Assembly: GCA_963514005.1 (NCBI GenBank)
Contig: OY740783.1
Location: 128,960,001-129,024,000, forward strand
Direction: 5' to 3'
Source: Raja brachyura
Taxonomy: Eukaryota
Length of the DNA: 64,000 nucleotides
The position numbers and the translations under genes were made by a program. Numbering within the stretch: position 1 is the first letter of the stretch; every line of letters begins with the position of its first letter. The notes beneath the pieces were generated by a model. It worked only from the letters and a program-made list of their open reading frames with translations, made no database searches and was not told where the DNA came from. Below, piece after piece: positions 38,156 to 47,604 of this stretch.

Positions 38156-38639
38156 TTCCCTCTTCCAATTCCCAATTTTAAAACTTACCAAAGCCAATTT
38201 TTAAATTTTTTTAAAAAATATTTTTTTATTAGAAGTAATGTACAAAGCCAATTAACCTACAAACCTGTACATCCTTGGAGTGCGGGAGGAAACCGGAACA
38301 CCCACATAGGTAGAATGTCCAAACTCCGTACAGACAGCACCCATAGCCAGGTCAAATCCGGGCCTCTGGCGCTGTGAGGCAGCATCTTTACCTTAGCCAA
38401 TAGGGAATCTTTCTCTACCGTGCATGCGTATGGCATGATTGCAAGCCAAGAATCAACAGTGCTTAATTATCGTATGTACTGAAACAAAACATTGAAATTC
38501 TTATTTACAACAGCACAACTGGTCTGTAGGCACATTAGATAGCAGAATAATCAAAAGATCAATAAAGTTATAAAAAAAACAATATTAGTGTAATAAAAAG
38601 GAACGTCTGATGGTGGTTTATACCAAAGATAGATTCAAA

Positions 38640-38830
38640 ATGCTGGAGTCACTCAGCGGGTCAGGCAGCATCTGTGGAGAACATGGATAGGTGACGTTTC
38701 ACAGAGTGCTGGAGTAACTCAGTGGGTCAGGCAGCATCTCTGGAGAACATGGATAGGTGACGTTTCACAGTGCTGGAGTCACTCAGTGGGTCAGGCAGCA
38801 TCTCTGGAGAACATGGATAGGTGACGTTTC
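38640..38830. repeat. 66-bp tandem repeat, about 3 units
   Basis: Same unit as 33083-33470. Confidence 0.85.
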
Positions 38831-40091
38831 TGCTCAGGACCTTTCTTCAGACTGATTGCAGGGGTGGGAGGAGGAAAAGCTAGAAGAGAGGAGGGGCAGG
38901 ACAAAGTTCGGCAGGTCATAGGTGAGCACAGGCGAGAGTGGTTTTGATAAACAAATGAAACGACAAAGCCTGGAGGTGAGCAGAAATGTCCCTCAATCCC
39001 TCACATCTTTTCTGACATTTGATGCAATCGTGGATGCACTAAAAAATCGGGTACATTGTACAATGCACACCAACAACTTTCCTTCCTTAGAAGGCTTAGG
39101 AAGTTCGGCATGTCCCCTATAACCCTCAACAACTTCTACACATGCACCATCCAAAGCATTTTAATGGGATGCATCACCACACGGTTTGGGATCAACTCCA
39201 TCTAAGACCGCAAGAAATTGCAGAGAATTGAGGACGCAGCCCAGACCATCACACAAACCAACCTCCCTTCCATTGACTCCATTTGCACCTCACGCTGCCT
39301 CGGCAAGGCCAGCAGCATAATCAAGGATGAGTCGCACCCCGGCCATTCCCTCTTCTCCCCTCTCCCATCAGGCAAGAGGTACAGAAGTGTGAAAACGAAC
39401 GCACCACCTCCAGATTCAGGGACAGTTTCTTCCCAGCTGTTATCAGGCAACTGAACCATCCCATCAACAACTGGAGGGCGATCCTGAGCTACCAATGTGA
39501 CTTGGACGTGATCCAAGTCACATTGGAGCCCCTTGGAATATCTTGAATCGGACTTTACTGGACCTTATCTTGCACTAAATGTTATCCCCTTTATCCTGGA
39601 TCTGTACACTGTGGACGCTTTGGATTGTAATCATGTATGGTCTTTCTGTTGAGTGCATGGCACACAACAAAAAAAGCTTTACACTGTACCTCAGTACACC
39701 TGGCAATAAACTAAACTAATCTAAACTGGGTGACATTTCTGAAGACTGGCCCTGAAACGAAACATCACCTATCCATGTTCTTCAGTCTAAAGATGGGTCT
39801 AAGTCTCCTCAGTCTGAAGAAGGGTCTCGACTCAAAACATCACCTATGCCTTTTCTCCAGAAATGCTGCCTGATCTGTTGTCACTCCAGATTTTTGTGTC
39901 CACCTTCACCAGAAATGCAGCCTGACCCGCCGAGTTACTCCAGCACTTTGTGTCGATCCCGATATTAGTATATCCCATGGTCTGACTGGAAAGCACACAA
40001 ACACGGTTCTTCACTGTAACTCGGTACAGGCAACAGTAATAAACCTACACTGTACCAAAAAGACGATCGTAACAAATAAAAAAACACCTAC

Positions 40092-40152
40092 TGTTTCCAT
40101 GTACTGAGACCAACAGCAGAACTGTCGGCAGCCAAGTGGAGAGGAGCCTCAT
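40092..40152 (-). CDS. Receptor gene B, leader (signal peptide) exon MRLLSTWLPTVLLLVSVHGN
   Basis: ATG, hydrophobic core and a VHG cleavage-like site; 61 nt with a phase-1 donor A|gtaggt that joins V1 in frame. Non-repetitive sequence, too short for the ORF track. Confidence 0.75.
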
Positions 40153-40231
40153 CGCTGGCTATCTCCTGGTGTCCAGCTCTCCGCACTGGGACTTTCTGCC
40201 TTGACACAATACAAAACTAGACGCTTAAGTC

Positions 40232-40251
40232 AGCGTTTCTTCACTTCCTGG
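40232..40251 (-). promoter_or_regulatory. ETS/PU.1-type site in the putative gene B promoter
   Basis: Minus strand reads CAGGAAGTGAAGAAAC, about 90 bp upstream of the leader ATG. Confidence 0.45.
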
Positions 40252-40984
40252 TACACTCCCAACGAACAGTGAATTCAGTGACAATTAAGAGAAGGGAGCA
40301 TCACGATGGCGCAGCAGTTGAGTTGCTGCCTTACAGCACCAGAGACCCGGGTTCGATCCTGAGCACAGGTGCGGTCTGTACAGAGTTTGTATGCTCTCCC
40401 CATGACCGCCTGGGATTTCTTCGGTTTTCCCCCACAATCCAAAGCCATACAGGTTGATAGGGTGGTTTACCAATTGGCTTTGGTAAATTTGGAAATTGGC
40501 CCTAGTGTGTAGGATAGTATTTGGCGTTCACTCATCCGTACGGACTTGGTAGGCCGAAGATCAGCATTTCCACTCTGTTGCTCCAAACTAAACCAAACTA
40601 AGCATTTTCACTTTGAGCGTGACCGCGTAGGTTTTCTCCAGATGCTCCGGTTTCCTCCGAAGCCGTGCGAGGTTTGTAGGTTAATTGGCTTCTGTAAATC
40701 GTAATTTGTCCCAAGTGTGTGTAGGAGGGTGTTAGTGTGTGGGGTGAATGTTGTTTGGCACGGACTCGGTGGGCCTAAGGTCCTGTTTCTGTGCTGTTTG
40801 GCTGAAGCCTAAAGTCCAAAAAAACCCACTGTATAGTTCCTCATTTCACACAGAATGTCGGACCTGATGTGTTTCCAAATCTTCCTCTTGCATTATGCAC
40901 TATAGTTGTGAAATCCTTTTTCCAGTCAGAAGATCATTTGTAAACCCAGAACCTATTGACCATTAAAGTTAAGTGATTCGCTGG

Positions 40985-41907
40985 TGTAAGTTATTGGGGC
41001 AAATCCTCCAAAATTATGGAAGAACTTTAAAAAAGACAGATTTGCTGGCTGCAACGGAAAAACCCGCAATCCACAGAAAGACTCAGTTTCAAGTTTCAAA
41101 CCGTCTGGTCCGTGGACTTGGACATCACACAACGGTGTGAACAAAGGCAGAGACGGAGATAACGAGATTTTCTTGGATACACAAAGGAAGGAACCAAGCC
41201 TCAGCAGACGATGGTAAACAGGCCAGGAACAAGCACAATCACCATCATGGATGACCCATCCATCGAGACAATAGGAGCCCATCCAGGGGATGGGATAACG
41301 ATCAGGCTGAGGGATCATGACATCAGCAAACCCCTTATCATCGGAAGCCTATTGTTCATGCCAGATCGAAACTGGGAAACATCAAAAGAAGCCCTTTTAT
41401 CCAGAGGACCACCTGGGGGGTTCAAAGGAATCTCAGGTATAAAACAGGAGTCCAGCCAGAACTCGCCCCTCTCGGTGCTCTCTGCTCTTTTCGGCTCTTC
41501 CTGCTCTTCCTGCTCTACTGGACCGCTCGTGAGCCTGCATCGACTTAGCTGTGAGTATCCCGGTGATTTGGTGAAATTCCCGAAATAGGATAGGAGGTTG
41601 AGTAAACAAGGGGAAAGGGGAGTAAAATGTTGTTAAAGTAAGCTTTACGACATGCCCGATAGTTTTCCTTCCATAGTCTTAGTTTAAAGCATAAGTTTAG
41701 CCACGTATTATGTAGTGTTGGTGAGATTCGATTTCTCATTGTTTAATAAAGCCTGTAAATTTAGACTTGCTTTGAGTCCATCTTGGTTTCTGTTTTCTCT
41801 CATCAGCACACTCTGGTCAATTCAACCTTTTTATCATATCCCACCATAATTCCGAGGTATAGAACCTAGGGGAATCCCTTTTGTGGGAAACGAAAGAGAC
41901 CCCTACA
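40985..41907 (+). mobile_element. Solo LTR, 923 bp (ERV1- or Gypsy-type)
   Basis: TGTA...TACA termini, 4-bp TSD ctgg (40981-40984, 41908-41911), TATAAAA at 41438, AATAAA at 41745, no coding domains. Confidence 0.8.
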
Positions 41908-42025
41908 CTGGGGAGCTGCAGAGGGAAGTTCAGATTCATTTGAGGAGGTGTGGGCCTACTGTTATATGGTGAAACAATAACGATGTAGGATTTGCTTCTC
42001 AAAAGGACGTTAGTACTTCACTTAG

Positions 42026-42214
42026 GGGTTACACAAAAAGCTGGAGAAACTCAGCGGGTGCAGCAGCATCCAAGGAGCGAAGGAGATAGGCGACGTTTCG
42101 GGTCGAGACCCTTCTTCAGTCTGAAGAAGGGTCTCGACCAGAAACGTCGCCTATCTCCTTTGCTCCTTAGATGCTGCTGCACCCGCTGAGTTTCTTCAGC
42201 TTTTTGTGTAACCC
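42026..42214. repeat. Near-perfect palindrome with 94-bp arms, made of Penelope-terminal-repeat-derived sequence
   Basis: Centre t at 42120 (cccttcttcag-t-ctgaagaaggg). The insert is bracketed by ttagtacttca at 42010-42020 and 42251-42261. Confidence 0.9.
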
Positions 42215-42935
42215 TCGATTCTCCAGCATCTGCAGTTCCTTCTTTAACACTTAGTACTTCAATTAGTTTAGTTTAGAGATACAGTGTGCAAACAGGCCCA
42301 TTGGCCCATCGAGTCCACGCCGACCAGCGATCACCCACACAATAGTTCTATCTTACACACTAGGGACAATTTACAGAAACCAATGAACCTACAAACCCAC
42401 ATGTGTTTAGAATGTGGGAGGAAACCGGAGCACCTGGAGAAACCCCACGTGGTCAAGGTTTTAAGGCTTCAACGTCAGTTTATTGTCACGTTCACCAATT
42501 AAGTAAGCTACAGTGAAATTCGAATTACCATACAGACACGCACAAAAAAAAGCAAGACACACAACTACATAAAAGTCAACATAAACATCCACCACAGGGG
42601 ATTCCCCACATTCCTCACTGTGATGGAAGGCAATTGAGTCCGACCTTTTTCCTCGTTTATTCTCCTGCAGTTGAGGTAGTTGAACCATCCACACTCGGGG
42701 CAATCAAAGCCCCCGCGTCGGGGCGATCGAAGCCCCTACGTCGGGGCAATTGAAGCTCCAACGTCGGGGCGATCGAAGCCCCCATGTCGGGGCGATTGAA
42801 GCTCCTGCAGCTTGGTGTTCCCGAAATGGGTCTCTAACCAGAGACCGTGAGCTCCATGATGTTAAAGTCTACAGGCACCCGCGGTGGAGTTATCAAAGTC
42901 AGTCTCCAGCAAAGGCCGCCATCTCCTTGATGTTA

Positions 42936-43080
42936 GGATCCTGGGCGGTGGAGAACAGAGCAACTTAGTTGGAACTGGTCGGGGACCCAGAGCGCGGAAA
43001 CGCCTCAACCAGGATAAAACAGCTGAGCGTGGATGACAGTCACGGCTACCTGTGTTTGGTAGAGATCGTGACCTCATCCC
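42936..43080 (+). pseudogene. Remnant (3' half) of a receptor V2 exon
   Basis: Encodes GSWAVENRAT-stop-LELVGDPERGNASTRIKQLSVDDSHGYLCLVEIVTS; the downstream flank matches 38155-38490. Confidence 0.85.
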
Positions 43081-43564
43081 CTCCTTCAATTCCCAATTTT
43101 AAAACTTACCAAAGCCAATTAACCTACAAACCTGTACATCCTTGGAGTGTGGAGGAAACTGGAACACCCGGTGTAAACCCACACAGGGAGAATGTCCAAA
43201 CTCCGTACAGACAGCACCCATAGCCAGGTCAAACCCGGGCCTCTGGCGCCATCAGGCAGCATCTCTACCGTGCATGCGTATGGCATGATTGCAAGTCAAG
43301 AATCAACAGTGCTTAATTATCATATGTACTGAAACAAAACAACAAAATAGTAAGGTTAAATGAGAACTTACCAGTTTGAAGTTTGATCTTTATCTTATGA
43401 GGAGTTACGATGAGGGATTACGTGAAGACCCCGCCAGCACGCATGCGCGACATTCTTCAAAGCAATGGTGTGAAATCACAGACAGTCACAATGACTAATA
43501 TAGTAAGATAAGAGAGAACTTTCATACCAGGTGATCTTTATAGTAGAGGGTTGGGAGCGGAGGG

Positions 43565-43678
43565 CACGTAATCCCTCATCGTAACTCCTCATAAAATAAA
43601 GATCAAACTTCAAACTGGTAAGTTCTCGTTTAATCTTACTATTTTATTTCGGTAGTCACGTGAGTGACTACGTGAAGA
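43565..43678. repeat. DIRS internal complementary region (ICR)
   Basis: First part is the reverse complement of 43344-43424, second part of 51228-51265. They join at cttactattttatttcggtag, the predicted circle junction. Confidence 0.92.
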
Positions 43679-43826
43679 TTTCAAAGCTCTGTGATTTCAT
43701 GCCCTGGAAGCTCCATGCTCACACACCGCTATGCTGGGATGAGAGGATGAAGACATGACACTGGCTGAAAAACAAAAATAGGTATTTATTCATACCAAAA
43801 CAAAATAAATATCCCATAGGGGTAAA

Positions 43827-44810
43827 TTATTTGACAGTACTCAAAATCCTCCCTGCATAAGTGTCAGGGGTGGCCACGGGTTTGTTGTAGAAGCGGTGAA
43901 AAGTCCTTTCATTACTCCAACCCGCTGTGGCCAGGATGTGGTCCAATGGTACTTCCATCCTCCTAGCCGCCGAAGTGGATGCCGCCCTGGTGGAGTGAGA
44001 TTTGAATATATTAGTGTCCACCCCCGCCGCATCCAAAACCACCCTTAACCATCTAGAAATGGTTTGCACCGTGACTTTATGATGGGGCTTCTTGTGGCTT
44101 ATAAGCAAAGCTGTCTCCGTGCCCCTGAGATTTTTGGTAACTGTGATATATTGTGAAATTAACGTGACGATGCAGAGTCGAGTATCTGCTGGATATGCCA
44201 GAAATTCCAAGGTATGACCAGACGCTCCGTGTCGATCTTGTTTCAACAGTCCCTGCACATGAAAAGTGACTTTATCATTGGTGATAGTCATGGCATCCAG
44301 ATTAAGTTTGTGTAGAGACTGGACCCGTTGTGCCGTGATAAGTGCCATAATCATTACCATTTTGTATGTGAGCTTTGCCAAAGTGAGTCCCGTGTTAGGT
44401 GTCCATCCTCGCAGCATAGTTAGGACTGTGCTGATATCCCACGTATGGTTATATCTGGGCCTAGGGGGATTGGAATTGAATATTCCTCTCATTAGTTTGG
44501 ACACTAATGGATGTGATCCAATTCCCAATTGGTCACTCCCCTGGCCCAAGTAGGATGATAGTGCACTCCTGGCACTGTTTATGGCACTGTAGCTCAGTCC
44601 CTCATCAAAGTGTAGGGTAGCCAAGAATTCCAGCACTTCTGTAATGGTAGCGGATTCATATGTAGTGTTGGTAGTAGCGCAGAATCCTTCCCATTTCTTG
44701 ATGTAGGTGAGGTACTGCTTCCTGGTGGACTCCCTGCATGCCGCCGAGATGGTGTCTATCATTCTGCTGGTGAGTCCGAATCCGCGAAGAGGCCGTTTTA
44801 GAATCTGCAA
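43827..44810 (-). CDS. DIRS tyrosine recombinase, intact ORF (start codon uncertain)
   Basis: SAM-like N-terminal domain; catalytic residues R (TAQRVQ), HSTR, AGW and Y (FHRFY). Confidence 0.92.
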   Translation of the reverse strand: MQILKRPLRGFGLTSRMIDTISAACRESTRKQYLTYIKKWEGFCATTNTTYESATITEVLEFLATLHFDEGLSYSAINSARSALSSYLGQGSDQLGIGSHPLVSKLMRGIFNSNPPRPRYNHTWDISTVLTMLRGWTPNTGLTLAKLTYKMVMIMALITAQRVQSLHKLNLDAMTITNDKVTFHVQGLLKQDRHGASGHTLEFLAYPADTRLCIVTLISQYITVTKNLRGTETALLISHKKPHHKVTVQTISRWLRVVLDAAGVDTNIFKSHSTRAASTSAARRMEVPLDHILATAGWSNERTFHRFYNKPVATPDTYAGRILSTVK

Positions 44811-46810
44811 ATTAACAGGTCCATGCGGTCATAACATGGGTGATGTTCTCCTGTGACAGGATGAACGAGCAGGCTAGGTCGTTTATTGACCCGAATGCAA
44901 AGTTCTGTGGCCATCTTCTGTACCGCTGGGAACCATGGTTGGGTAGGCCAGTCGGGCACCACCAAAATACCCGATGCGGAATCTTGTTTTATTTTCTGCA
45001 AGACCCGACTGATGAGGCAGAAAGGGGGGAATGCATAGCAGAACAAATCCCCCCAATGTAGCGTGAAAGCGTCCATCGCTACTGCCCCAGGGTCCGGTTC
45101 CCAAGCAACATATGTTGGTAGTTGGTGATTTAATCTGGACGCGAAGAGGTCGATATCTGGTGTCCCATAACGTTCTACAATATCTGTGAACACTTTTCGA
45201 TCCAACATCCATTCTATGTTGTCGTTAAGTTTGCGTGACCTGGTGTCTGCCACTGTGTTTAGCTTGCCTGGGAGGTAAGTGGCTGAGATCCAAATTTCCC
45301 TTTGCAGACACCAGAGCCAGATATTGTTGGCCAATTCATCGCACGATATCGACTTTATTCCGCCCATATGGTTAATATAGGCCACCACCGTGGTGTTGTC
45401 AATTTGTATCCTTACATGAACTTTGTGCATGTTTGTGCAGTATGCCCTGAGGCCGTGAAATGCTGCCAGCATTTCTGAATAGTTAATTCCCAAATTTTTG
45501 AATAGGGTTAACTCTTGTGCACTCCATCTACCTCCACAACTAGAGGTAGTATTAGTAGCTCCCCAACCTTTGGCACTGGCATCCGTTTGTAAGGTGATCG
45601 AGGGATTGATGATAGTGATGGGTTTGGAACAATATTGGGCATTAGGCATCCACCAATTTAATTCGGCTTTTGCCTTTTCTGGTATTTTCATAGGCCTATC
45701 GAAATGGCCTGCATGACTTTTGAGAGCTATAATTTTGGCTCTTTGTAAGTTTTGATAATGTAAAGGCCCATATTGTGCTGCGGGAAAGGCAGCCACTATC
45801 TTCCCAATCACCCTGGCCACCTGCCGAATGGATGGGTCCTTGATGCCAATAAGGCTCCTGCAAGCCTCTATCAAGTCCTCCACCTTACTTAGTGGCAACG
45901 TGATAGACATTTGCACTGAGTCGATATTGAACCCCAAGTATTTCATGGTGGTAGAGGGTTTTAATATTGATTTATCTGGATGTATAATGAAACCCAGCTT
46001 CTGAAAGAGATGTTTCGTGGCTGTAACTGCCAATGTAGCCATTTCCAAACTTTCCCCAACAATGAGGATATCATCAAGATAGGCCATAACAATATGATTC
46101 TGTTTCCTTAAGTAGGCCAAGGCTGGTTTTAATATCTTGGTAAACAATCTGGGTGCTGATGATAACCCATTAGGCAAGGCTTTGTATTGCCATAATTGTC
46201 CCATCCAGATAAATTTTAAATATTTCCTATGATCCTTGTGTATTGGTACAGAATAGTATGCATCTTTGAGGTCAATGCATGCCATGTAGTACCCATAATC
46301 TATTAACTGTATAGCAGTGTCAAAGGTGTCCATTTTAAAATGAACATACTGAACAGAAGTATTCAGTTCGGTCAAATCTATGATAATGCGGCAACCGCCG
46401 TCTTTTTTGTTTTTGGTGAATATATTAGACACGAACTCCTGTGGTTCTTTGGTAGCCTTCTCAATTACCCCTTTTTCAATTAATCTGTATAGTTCAGCAT
46501 GCCCTGCTACCCTCTCTTTTTGAGAGAGTATGAATTTTCGGCTGGGTAAATGCTGGACCGGGGTAGGGAGTTCGTGAATAAATTCAATTTTGTAGCCCTG
46601 AATACTCCTGAGTATGAAAGGATCAGAGGTAAAAGTGCGCCAATTTTCATAAAACATGTGCAACCGGCCCCCTACATAAAGTGAATTTAGGCAAGATGTG
46701 TTTCTGGGGAAACCAGACCCACCTACCTCCATGGTTATTGCCGGTGTTGCGGTTTCTGTCCTTGTTTCCTTTGTTGATTCATCGTGTTGTAGGAGTGGCG
46801 CATCTTCCAA
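44798..46810 (-). CDS. DIRS reverse transcriptase / RNase H / adenine-methyltransferase-like ORF, intact
   Basis: IDLKDAYY, LPNGLSSAP, YLDD; RNase H TDAS..GWG and DNTT; C-terminal DLFAS..YAFPPF. Confidence 0.95.
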   Translation of the reverse strand: MEDAPLLQHDESTKETRTETATPAITMEVGGSGFPRNTSCLNSLYVGGRLHMFYENWRTFTSDPFILRSIQGYKIEFIHELPTPVQHLPSRKFILSQKERVAGHAELYRLIEKGVIEKATKEPQEFVSNIFTKNKKDGGCRIIIDLTELNTSVQYVHFKMDTFDTAIQLIDYGYYMACIDLKDAYYSVPIHKDHRKYLKFIWMGQLWQYKALPNGLSSAPRLFTKILKPALAYLRKQNHIVMAYLDDILIVGESLEMATLAVTATKHLFQKLGFIIHPDKSILKPSTTMKYLGFNIDSVQMSITLPLSKVEDLIEACRSLIGIKDPSIRQVARVIGKIVAAFPAAQYGPLHYQNLQRAKIIALKSHAGHFDRPMKIPEKAKAELNWWMPNAQYCSKPITIINPSITLQTDASAKGWGATNTTSSCGGRWSAQELTLFKNLGINYSEMLAAFHGLRAYCTNMHKVHVRIQIDNTTVVAYINHMGGIKSISCDELANNIWLWCLQREIWISATYLPGKLNTVADTRSRKLNDNIEWMLDRKVFTDIVERYGTPDIDLFASRLNHQLPTYVAWEPDPGAVAMDAFTLHWGDLFCYAFPPFCLISRVLQKIKQDSASGILVVPDWPTQPWFPAVQKMATELCIRVNKRPSLLVHPVTGEHHPCYDRMDLLICRF

Positions 46811-46832
46811 GAAGGCCGGGCTGGGCCATGGC

Positions 46833-47597
46833 CTAAAAGAGACCGCTGTGCAGGTTGGCCGGCCTTCTAGCTTTCACCACAGGCAGGTCTCTGATGGTAT
46901 CTCTGTCCGGTGGGTGTGTAGGGGTGCTGTCTTTGTGGGTAATGAGGTTTGGTAGGCCCGGGAACCTTGACAGGCCCAAGGCCTTGGCCTCCTCATCAAG
47001 ATCTTTTACTTGCTTGGGAAGGTTATCCCCGAACAGCAAGCTTGGAGGCTGTGTCTTCCCAGGCTTACACAACCCCGCAAACTTGGGGTTAAGCGCCGGC
47101 TTTATGATGCTCTTTCTGAAATTGTTTATCTCATACTGTGTATTACACAGTAGAGCCAGGGCATCTTGCAGTTCTTCCGGCAACTCTATCCCCACTGCAG
47201 TTCTGGCCACTGCTGTGATCCCGGCGGTTAAGAGCTTTAGGATTTTTTGAAGTTTGATTTCCTGCCCTCTGCTCGAGGGGCTCATATTCCCCCAAATAGG
47301 GTTGTTCACCGCAGGGACATTAAGTGAGTTACAGTTTTCAGGAGCCATATATTTATCAGCTGTAGAATTTATGGCCTGTTCCTGTAGCTGGTTGGTCGCC
47401 ATGTAGTTAATGCTGGCTGCCAGCTTAGGGTGGATAGGTAGGCCTTTCTGTGTCGGCATTGCATGTTTATTTACCATATCCAGATATTCTTCACACACCC
47501 CTGACACAGATGGTTGTTCAGCCAGCTCCCCTTCTTCTGGGGCAGCCCAGTTCTGACCCTCAATGCTCCCCTGCGAGGAGGGTGAGACATTTGGCAG
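46833..47597 (-). CDS. DIRS gag-like ORF, C-terminal part (split by the LINE insertion)
   Basis: PENC..L.VPAVN..IW and LLFGDNL motifs; fuses in frame with 50745-51086. Confidence 0.8.
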   Translation of the reverse strand: MPNVSPSSQGSIEGQNWAAPEEGELAEQPSVSGVCEEYLDMVNKHAMPTQKGLPIHPKLAASINYMATNQLQEQAINSTADKYMAPENCNSLNVPAVNNPIWGNMSPSSRGQEIKLQKILKLLTAGITAVARTAVGIELPEELQDALALLCNTQYEINNFRKSIIKPALNPKFAGLCKPGKTQPPSLLFGDNLPKQVKDLDEEAKALGLSRFPGLPNLITHKDSTPTHPPDRDTIRDLPVVKARRPANLHSGLF

Positions 47598-47604
47598 TCC
47601 TTGG

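Noticed and set aside
47450-47604. N-terminal 52 aa of the 1042-aa ORF
   Set aside because: It lies outside the LINE TSD, in antisense DIRS gag sequence; chance read-through.
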